Below are positions 57,991-64,000 of a stretch of 64,000 nucleotides of DNA, piece after piece. Positions within the stretch are counted from its first letter, which is position 1. Every line of letters begins with the position of its first letter. Made by a program: the position numbers and the translations under genes. Source of the DNA: a virus (lineage: Duplodnaviria > Heunggongvirae > Uroviricota > Caudoviricetes); the IMG/VR virus record IMGVR_UViG_3300033069_002010; one strand, 5' to 3'. The notes beneath the pieces are model-generated. The model saw only the letters and a program-made list of their open reading frames with translations, did not search any database and had not been told where the DNA came from.

Positions 57991-58573
57991 TCCTGTTTCC
58001 AAAAACCTTTCTCTCAAGGAAATACGCCGACATTCCTGCCATTGCCCCACCAAAGTGGGCCCAGTGACCGATATTGTCATTTACTGCAAAGATACAGCAA
58101 ATAAATTCTATTATGAAAAGAAATCCAACAAGATATTTGGATTTTATCCCGAACGGAAGAAACATTATCGAAAGTTCGGCATTCGGATTCAAAAAAGCGA
58201 ACATCATCACGATTCCCCATACGGCTCCCGACGCCCCCACACACGGACCCTGTGTGAACAGGGACTGCAGTATGCCTCCGACCAGTCCGAAAAGAAGATA
58301 GTAGAAATAGAACTTCTTGGTGGAATTTATGAAACTCTCAACAAAAGGACCCAGGGATATCAGAGCCAACATGTTTCCCAAAAGGTGGAAAATGCCCCCA
58401 TGGACGAATTGCGAGGTTATCAGCTGATACCACCCGAAATTCGGGCTGGTGTAGTTCCAGCAGGCCAAAAACCAAGTCAGGTCGAGTTTAAATAAACTGA
58501 GAACGGACATGAATAGAAAAACTGAAACGTTGATGTAAAATAGGGTCTTGATGCCCGTTGATGATTGAAACAT
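57983..58573 (-). CDS. rhomboid-family intramembrane serine protease
   Basis: Six TM segments; catalytic GASGAVWG (GxSG) and the later TM His in AHFGGAMAG. Confidence 0.75.
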   Translation of the reverse strand: MFQSSTGIKTLFYINVSVFLFMSVLSLFKLDLTWFLACWNYTSPNFGWYQLITSQFVHGGIFHLLGNMLALISLGPFVESFINSTKKFYFYYLLFGLVGGILQSLFTQGPCVGASGAVWGIVMMFAFLNPNAELSIMFLPFGIKSKYLVGFLFIIEFICCIFAVNDNIGHWAHFGGAMAGMSAYFLERKVFGNRNG

Positions 58574-58940
58574 GATATTTATTTTAGAATTTTCTTAAAA
58601 GGTATCTCTGAAGCCAGTCGGAAAGTCCCTTGCTTACCTTAGCAGCTGCCCTCAATTTCCTGATCTCGAGGAACAGACCAATACTATCTGATTCCGATTT
58701 ACCTATATGGGTTTCTGTTATACTCATCGAATTGGTGGATTCGCGCCACTAGAATTACCTTAATGTACCTTAACCGCTTGATTTTGGAAAAAAGTTCCAG
58801 ACTATCTGATTCTTGACACATAATCGACTATGAAAATATTTGACGATTCCCTCCATGCCTTTCGACTCGAAATCAGTTTCCTGTATATGTTTGACATCTT
58901 TCTCTTCTGTTTTATTATCGAGAAAATCCGAACGGTATCC

Positions 58941-58987
58941 ATAAAAACAAAAATAGGATTTTCCCCGATTAAAAAAAAATCCTATTC
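58941..58987 (-). terminator. intrinsic terminator
   Basis: 11-bp stem AATAGGATTTT/AAAATCCTATT followed on the minus strand by TTTGTTTTT; overlaps the stop of 58982..59278. Confidence 0.5.
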
Positions 58988-59278
58988 GTAATCCCGATAA
59001 TCCACCGAATCCGTGGGATACCCTGACAGGTAATCGCTGTAGTTCAGGCTCTGTTCCAATTTCGCGGACAGGTAGTCCGAAAATCTCCTCATCAGGATAT
59101 TTCTTCTTTCCTCCCTTATCAGGGCAAAAAGTTCCATCTCAGAGACTTGGTCTTTCCTCACTGCTATTGAACGGTATTTTTTCACCGACAATCGTTGTTT
59201 CAGTAACCCCCTTGTAGAATTTCGTCTTTCCACATCTCTTACAATTTTTCTTGAGAAGCTCGTCATAGCGACCCACAC
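58982..59278 (-). CDS. hypothetical protein
   Basis: 98 aa. Confidence 0.35.
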   Translation of the reverse strand: MWVAMTSFSRKIVRDVERRNSTRGLLKQRLSVKKYRSIAVRKDQVSEMELFALIREERRNILMRRFSDYLSAKLEQSLNYSDYLSGYPTDSVDYRDYE

Positions 59279-59338
59279 TCTTGACGTATTTCCATCTTGT
59301 CCATCTGTGACCCGTAAAAAGACAGATTATCCATTTCA

Positions 59339-60568
59339 TCATTTAATATTCTTTTTTAATTCGTTCAAATCGTCGAGATACATATCTTTCGGTTCTACCA
59401 AAGACAGGGCCTCCATATCGGATTTTTTTGTCCTGTAATCATCCTTCAGCTTTTCGAAGAGATCTTTGGTTAGAGACCAAATTGGCATCTTTAAAAGATA
59501 ATCAAAAGAATCGTCTATCTGTTCAAGACCGATTTTGACCATCTCATAAACTAGAATGTCTTTCTGTTTATTCTTGACCTCAATCTTCCCATCTAGAATG
59601 TATTTGATAAATCGGCCCTTATTGGCTAGAACTTTCAGTTCAGATCTCATTTTTTCTAGTAGGAAATCTTTACGTTTTATATAATATTTCAATCTGAAAG
59701 TTACGAAATATTCTATTATTTCAGAATCAGATTCAAAAATTTTTAGCTTTCCAGATTCGTCAAGGGTGGAGAAATTTTCGGTCTCTGACTCCTCAAGCTT
59801 CAGAATCTTGATAAGTTTTTCTTCTGTCAAATTTGACAGTGATTCCCTAGTGAATTTTATCGTATAGTCTATATTGTCTCTACAGTTGTCGTCGTATCCG
59901 ACTATGACCTTGTCCTCCAAAAGCTTATCAAGTATAGTCTCATACTTCTCATAAGTCATTGATGGTGGAAGTTCAGTTACCCTTACCGTTGAGGTGTTCG
60001 CCACCTGTACCTTTCCCTGGATAATCCACCTCTTAGGATTCTCGGGATCTCTTATATAATCACCGTTGAAAAAACGGTTATAAGGCTTTATGTCCCCGAT
60101 TTTATTCCCGTTGATTACCTGCTGGCATGCCGTGATTATGTCAGATGGGTTCCGGTTTAGAATGTTGGAAGCGAAACCGACCGCGATGCCAGACGATCCA
60201 TTTATCAGGATCATCGGTATGATAGGAAGAAAGAAATGGGGTTCAATTTCCTGTCCCTCCTCCTGCTTATAGGTTAGAAGATCGAAATCCTTGTAGAGAA
60301 GACGAAAATTTTTGTTGAGTTTGGTCCCGATATACCTGGCCGCTCCGGGCTCAGGGGACCGGAGGGATCCGAACTGACCGACCTCATCCAAAAGACTCAT
60401 GTTGTTCTTGAAGCTTTGGGCCATGGTGACAATCGCGTTTTCCAAAGAACTGTTATGGGTAACTATCATGGAGTCTCCAACAACGAAATTATGGTATTTA
60501 TCAACCGTAATATCATAAAATTTCCTTGGTTTATCCAATTTGTTTACCCTTATTGATTTTATTCTCAT
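59339..60568 (-). CDS. topoisomerase II large subunit (gp52/GyrA-like), C-terminal fragment preceded by a C-intein
   Basis: The first 39 aa (MRIKSIRVNKLDKPRKFYDITVDKYHNFVVGDSMIVTHN) carry intein blocks F and G. The extein resumes SSLENAIVTMAQSF...LLDEVGQFGS...GAARYIGTKL, i.e. the type IIA active-site Tyr region. Confidence 0.85.
   Translation of the reverse strand: MRIKSIRVNKLDKPRKFYDITVDKYHNFVVGDSMIVTHNSSLENAIVTMAQSFKNNMSLLDEVGQFGSLRSPEPGAARYIGTKLNKNFRLLYKDFDLLTYKQEEGQEIEPHFFLPIIPMILINGSSGIAVGFASNILNRNPSDIITACQQVINGNKIGDIKPYNRFFNGDYIRDPENPKRWIIQGKVQVANTSTVRVTELPPSMTYEKYETILDKLLEDKVIVGYDDNCRDNIDYTIKFTRESLSNLTEEKLIKILKLEESETENFSTLDESGKLKIFESDSEIIEYFVTFRLKYYIKRKDFLLEKMRSELKVLANKGRFIKYILDGKIEVKNKQKDILVYEMVKIGLEQIDDSFDYLLKMPIWSLTKDLFEKLKDDYRTKKSDMEALSLVEPKDMYLDDLNELKKNIK
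60452..60568 (-). mobile_element. split intein, C-terminal half (Int-C, 39 aa)
   Basis: Blocks F (FYDITVDKYHNFVV) and G (IVTHN|S). It begins with its own Met in a separate ORF. Confidence 0.75.
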
Positions 60569-61478
60569 ATTTTTTAAGTATAAATTTTTTACAAGATTCT
60601 ATATTATTCCTAACATCTTCATCACTCCAAATTTCCAATATTTCAAACCCATTTGAAATGGCTAAGTTATTCTTAATTCTCCGTCTGTTGATATTCTCTG
60701 AAGCAGTTTCATTCACAAAGGGATTCGACCATACATCATTTTCATTTTTTGCATGAAATGCAACCCCATGAAACTCAATTATTATTTTAAGGGATTTTAT
60801 AGTGAAATCATAGAAAAATATATTTGTTCCACCTTTTAGGAAAAATTCATTTTTGTCTTGATATCCAAAAAATATATCATCTGACAATAGACCAATATGA
60901 ATGCAAAAATTAAAAACATCTAGAAAAACAACCAGTGACTCCTTAGATGCTTTACCAAAAAGGTGAAGACGAGGATCATATCCCAAGTTATTCATAAAAA
61001 TATTATGTATTTCCCACCATTTTTTTTTGAAAAAAAGAGGATCAATGACCATTTTATACCTCATCTTATCCACTTTAGATATTTTAATGGTTTCTGATTT
61101 CGATATATGATCAACACCATATTTCAACATAAGAGTCTTTTTTGATTTTTCCTTAACGGACTCTCTCTGAAAAACATTTATTATTCCCTCATTTTCAATA
61201 AGTCTATCCTCCCATTTTTTTCTAGAAGATGATTCCCCACAAAAATTATGTGTCGAACCACATGATTTAAGATATGATCTCATCTTCAACTCTTCAGCAC
61301 ATTCGGAAGAACAGGTTTGATTTTGTCTGTGATAAAACTCCAAACCACAGTTTTTACATTTTTTATATTTTCTACAATCCGTACAGAAATTACCATATTT
61401 TTCTGGATCTTTCAGTATATATTTCTTACTTATTGAATCTATATTGAAACTCGATCCACATCTTTTACATATACACAT
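60531..61478 (-). CDS. free-standing Vsr-like homing endonuclease lying between the split-intein halves
   Basis: CxxC...CxxC N-terminus; one KYGVDHISKSE repeat; FFYDFTIKSLKIIIEFHGVAFHA...ILEIWSDEDV (Vsr/DUF559-like). Its frame differs from both intein halves; own TATATATA element upstream; AT-rich. Confidence 0.7.
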   Translation of the reverse strand: MCICKRCGSSFNIDSISKKYILKDPEKYGNFCTDCRKYKKCKNCGLEFYHRQNQTCSSECAEELKMRSYLKSCGSTHNFCGESSSRKKWEDRLIENEGIINVFQRESVKEKSKKTLMLKYGVDHISKSETIKISKVDKMRYKMVIDPLFFKKKWWEIHNIFMNNLGYDPRLHLFGKASKESLVVFLDVFNFCIHIGLLSDDIFFGYQDKNEFFLKGGTNIFFYDFTIKSLKIIIEFHGVAFHAKNENDVWSNPFVNETASENINRRRIKNNLAISNGFEILEIWSDEDVRNNIESCKKFILKKYENKINKGKQIG

Positions 61479-61513
61479 TATTTATTTTTATGGTATATAT
61501 AAAATGACCAAAA

Positions 61514-62062
61514 TCACTTTTTATCATCATGGGATAAAATATCCATGATGATATCATCCTCTTTTAGGTTTTCAGCGGTTACCCATCCCCTTTCCGTTAG
61601 GAAAGGGTGATTTGAAGTGCATTTGAATATTTCGCCATTTTCCATTTCAATCTCGAACTCTATGTCAGTGATTTGACCTACCCTTGGAGTATGGCCCTTT
61701 CCAGCGACAAATTGTTTAGTTTCCTCATCAAATGAGATCAAATCCAACTCAATATCTGGAAAATTTTCAAACCATTCAATAATTTTAATAGACGACCCAT
61801 CTATTAATGAGATTTTTGTTTCGGGATCCAAACAGTTTCCGTGGTGGTAGAAAGCGTCCGAAGCCACCTTACCGGCCAACTGGAAAACCTTGAGAGGCTT
61901 CTCGGAACCGTTTTTCCAAATGTCGGAACAGATGTGTATTATTTTTCTCTGTGTCGGCTTGAACCCGTCGATGACCGACGGAATCGCCCTTCCCTCGACC
62001 ACATACATGGCGAAATCCTTGTACTCCGTCGACAGGAATTCGGTTATTGTTTTCTTGTTCAT
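61514..62062 (-). CDS. topoisomerase II large subunit (gp52/GyrA-like), N-terminal fragment fused to an N-intein
   Basis: DGFKPTQRKII...LKVFQLAGKVASDAFYHHG(N) is the conserved type IIA N-terminal region, up to the YHHGE motif. Confidence 0.85.
   Translation of the reverse strand: MNKKTITEFLSTEYKDFAMYVVEGRAIPSVIDGFKPTQRKIIHICSDIWKNGSEKPLKVFQLAGKVASDAFYHHGNCLDPETKISLIDGSSIKIIEWFENFPDIELDLISFDEETKQFVAGKGHTPRVGQITDIEFEIEMENGEIFKCTSNHPFLTERGWVTAENLKEDDIIMDILSHDDKK
61517..61834 (-). mobile_element. split intein, N-terminal half (Int-N, 105 aa)
   Basis: Begins with Cys immediately after YHHGN; block A CLDPETKISLIDGSSIKIIE; block B KCTSNHPFLTERGWVTAENLKEDDII; terminated by TGA at 61514-61516. Confidence 0.75.
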
Positions 62063-62155
62063 GATTTTTATAGTTACTATGTTTCCTTTGTTTTCTATTT
62101 ATATTAGTTTCCTGGTTCCCCTACGAAGAACCGATTCTGAATATATACGGGAATC

Positions 62156-62428
62156 ATGGACACAGAGAACTTTCCCGAATCGTTGGGATTCTTATCCGAC
62201 GGATACGAATGGACCAAGCCGCTTGACGGCGGATACATGGTCATAACAAAACGCCTACTCGATTCGAATCTCTATTCTTTTTCATTCGTCGACGAGGACG
62301 ACGACGAGCTTTTCATCGTGATGAAGGGAACCCCCGAGGACTGCGTGGAACAGATGCGGATATTCGAGAGGGACGAGAAAATAAGAAGGATTCTCGACTT
62401 TGACCAAAAAACCAATATAAAAGGATAA
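62156..62428 (+). CDS. hypothetical acidic protein
   Basis: 90 aa; ATATATAC element upstream; its stop abuts the topoisomerase gene start. Confidence 0.4.
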   Translation: MDTENFPESLGFLSDGYEWTKPLDGGYMVITKRLLDSNLYSFSFVDEDDDELFIVMKGTPEDCVEQMRIFERDEKIRRILDFDQKTNIKG

Positions 62429-62429
62429 T

Positions 62430-64000
62430 ATGAAGAAAATTGAGGAAAAATACAAGGTATTGGACCACATATCCCACGTCCTGCTGAGACCGGGAACATA
62501 TGTCGGGTCCAACAAGCCCCACACCGGAACAAAATGGATCTTCGATTCCGAATCCAAAAGGATGAAGAAGAGGGAAATAACCTACATACCTTCGTTTCTG
62601 AAGATATTCGACGAGATTGTCACCAACTCGTTCGACGAACACAAACGAACCCCGTCACTCAACAAGATAGACGTCGGGGTAAATCCGGAAACCGGAGAGA
62701 TATCGGTAAGGGACAACGGGGGAATACCGGTGGTCATACACAAGGAACACAACCAATACGTTCCCGAGGTGATATTCGGGAACCTCATGTCGGGGGCCAA
62801 CTACGACGACTCCGAGGAAAGGATAGTCGCGGGGACCAACGGATTGGGAGCCAAGCTTACCATAATATTCTCCAAGCAGTTCCAGATATCCACCTGCGAC
62901 GGAAAGACAAGCTTCCACCAGACCTATTCCAACAACATGAGGGACAGGACCCAACCGGTCATCAAGAAGCAGAAGACCAACCACACCGAAATAAGATACG
63001 TTCCCGATTTCGAGAAATTCGAAATGACCGGACTGGACGACGACCACTTCCAGATGATACGGAAAAGGGTGATCGATCTGGCTGGGTGCAACCCGACCTG
63101 CAGGGTCACGTTCAACGGAGATCCGATCGACGTAAAATCATTCGAGGATTATGTCAGACTGTATCGGGAAGACTATTTCTTCGAATCCAACAAGGAAAGG
63201 ACCTGGTCCCTGGCTGTGGCCCCGTCGGACGAAGGATTCCAGCAGGTCAGTTTCGTCAACTCCACCGACACGTATGACGGCGGAACCCATGTCGACTACA
63301 TACTCAACCAAATCATTTCGGAACTACGGGATTTCTTCCAAAAGAAACACAAGACCGACATCAGGCCTTCCGAAATAAAAAACCACATAACTCTGTTTCT
63401 TAACTCGACTGTGGTCAACCCTTCCTTCTCATCACAGACAAAGGAAAAGCTGATAACCGAGACAAAGGACTACGGTTACAAGTACGAGGTGACCGACAAG
63501 ATGATCAAGTCGATACTGAAATCGGAAATAGTCGAGTCGATACTAGATTGGATACAGCAGAAGAAAAGCGCCGACGAGAACAAGCTGGCCAGGGAACTCA
63601 ACAAGAACGCCGGAAAACTGAAGGTCGACAAGCTGATCGACGCCAAGGGAAAGGAAAGGTGGAAATGCTCGCTCGCCATTTTTGAGGGAGATTGTTTACA
63701 TGAAGACACACTTGTAAGAGTCATTCGGGATGGGGATGTAATAGATACAAAAATAAAAAACATAACAACCGAAGATCTAGTCATTACTCATAGTAATTCA
63801 ATATCCAATGTTTATGCTATAACAAAAAAAATAAAGAAAAAAGCAGTTATAAAAATTAAGGATGAGGAAATAACATGTAGCCATGAACATAAATGGTTCG
63901 TTTATGACAGGGAAAAAAATGAATTCTATTTCGAAACAACAAAAAATATAAATAAATCGAAACATAAATTAGTTAAGAACTATTTAGCATTTATGGATTC
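62430..64000 (+). CDS. topoisomerase II ATPase/TOPRIM subunit (gp39/gp60, GyrB-like), partial, interrupted by an intein
   Basis: GHKL ATPase motifs (FDEIVTNSFDE, RDNGGIPV, GTNGLGAKLT), the QTKEKL motif and TOPRIM EGD, followed at 63693 by CLHEDTLVRVIRDG (intein block A) where SA is expected. The ORF runs off the window end. The ORF track missed this gene because it has no stop inside the window. Confidence 0.85.
   Translation, partial: MKKIEEKYKVLDHISHVLLRPGTYVGSNKPHTGTKWIFDSESKRMKKREITYIPSFLKIFDEIVTNSFDEHKRTPSLNKIDVGVNPETGEISVRDNGGIPVVIHKEHNQYVPEVIFGNLMSGANYDDSEERIVAGTNGLGAKLTIIFSKQFQISTCDGKTSFHQTYSNNMRDRTQPVIKKQKTNHTEIRYVPDFEKFEMTGLDDDHFQMIRKRVIDLAGCNPTCRVTFNGDPIDVKSFEDYVRLYREDYFFESNKERTWSLAVAPSDEGFQQVSFVNSTDTYDGGTHVDYILNQIISELRDFFQKKHKTDIRPSEIKNHITLFLNSTVVNPSFSSQTKEKLITETKDYGYKYEVTDKMIKSILKSEIVESILDWIQQKKSADENKLARELNKNAGKLKVDKLIDAKGKERWKCSLAIFEGDCLHEDTLVRVIRDGDVIDTKIKNITTEDLVITHSNSISNVYAITKKIKKKAVIKIKDEEITCSHEHKWFVYDREKNEFYFETTKNINKSKHKLVKNYLAFMD
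63693..64000 (+). mobile_element. intein inserted at the TOPRIM EGD|SA site (partial)
   Basis: Block A CLHEDTLV...; a later TCSHEHKWFV is block-B-like. Markedly more AT-rich than the flanking extein. Confidence 0.65.

Noticed and set aside
58700-58790. Possible tRNA gene (GGTGGATTCGCGCCAC resembles a T-arm)
   Set aside because: No complementary acceptor stem, D-arm or anticodon arm could be built on either strand. It is probably just a local hairpin.
61478-61834. A single contiguous intein with an embedded endonuclease in the topoisomerase A gene
   Set aside because: Codon-by-codon check shows a TGA at 61514-61516 ending the Int-N ORF. The endonuclease ORF is in a different frame (frame check by coordinate mod 3). 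Int-C restarts with its own Met. So this is a split-intein arrangement unless there is a sequencing error.
62534-63277. Track ORF 62534..63277 (247 aa, Arg/Gly-rich) inside the topoisomerase ATPase gene
   Set aside because: Alternative frame. The true frame, with its start at 62430, carries all the GHKL/TOPRIM motifs.
1-64000. Eukaryotic giant-virus (Mimiviridae/Klosneuvirus-like) origin, suggested by aaRS genes, topoisomerase II, SPFH/prohibitin-like, rhomboid and CCA-adding enzyme genes and by the absence of SD sequences
   Set aside because: Frequent ATGA stop/start overlaps (operon-style coupling). Classical hairpin-plus-U-tract terminators. Bacterial-type GluRS C-terminus. Topoisomerase II split into separate GyrB-like and GyrA-like genes as in T4. 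The Mimivirus AAAATTGA early promoter is essentially absent (one occurrence, at 29412).
1-64000. CRISPR arrays, integrases/transposases, rRNA or tRNA genes
   Set aside because: No regularly spaced direct repeats outside coding low-complexity tracts, no recombinase motifs, and no rRNA- or tRNA-like structures were found. The mobile DNA here consists of homing endonucleases and inteins only.

Overview
This 64 kb window is densely coding (about 85 genes, mostly on the minus strand). It looks like an accessory region of a large tailed dsDNA phage (T4-like or jumbo), not a cellular chromosome or a eukaryotic giant virus. The evidence for that call: many stop/start overlaps of the ATGA type, which suggest operons. 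At least seven hairpin-plus-T-run intrinsic terminators. A bacterial-type glutamyl-tRNA synthetase. Type IIA topoisomerase encoded as separate T4-like subunit genes. Abundant homing endonucleases and inteins. No Shine-Dalgarno sequence was seen upstream of the starts I inspected; instead, a TATATA(A)ATA-like element sits 0-20 nt before many start codons. That suggests short or leaderless mRNAs and a host that does not depend on SD (which host is unknown). Recognisable products include: two Dam-family N6-adenine methyltransferases; PRPP synthetase; guanylate kinase; dephospho-CoA kinase; an IscA/ErpA Fe-S carrier; a MazG pyrophosphohydrolase; a SpoT-like HD (p)ppGpp hydrolase; GluRS and TrpRS; a CCA-adding enzyme translationally coupled to a 2H phosphoesterase; a MoxR AAA+ ATPase and a metallopeptidase-VWA protein of the DUF2201 type; an SPFH/flotillin protein; a rhomboid protease; a GT2 glycosyltransferase; a J-domain protein; a GIY-YIG endonuclease; and four AT-rich paralogues of a modular 'KYGV-repeat' homing endonuclease family with Vsr-like or HNH nuclease modules. 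The most striking observations are these. (1) The topoisomerase II large-subunit (gp52/GyrA-like) gene is fractured into two ORFs by a naturally split intein, with a free-standing Vsr-like homing endonuclease gene between the halves. (2) A second intein interrupts the divergently transcribed ATPase/TOPRIM subunit gene at its EGD|SA motif. (3) At least 12 otherwise unrelated ORFs share an N-terminal M-[RK]-x-[IL]-K-x-F-E-S-like decapeptide; two of them, 32 kb apart, are 24/27 identical at the nucleotide level, and a tandem array carries the conserved junction ATCATATGAGACAC. (4) There is a candidate tRNA 3'-end repair module. (5) The GIY-YIG endonuclease has a probable -1 frameshift in a homopolymer. 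Everything here is read from the sequence by eye; no database search or computation was run.
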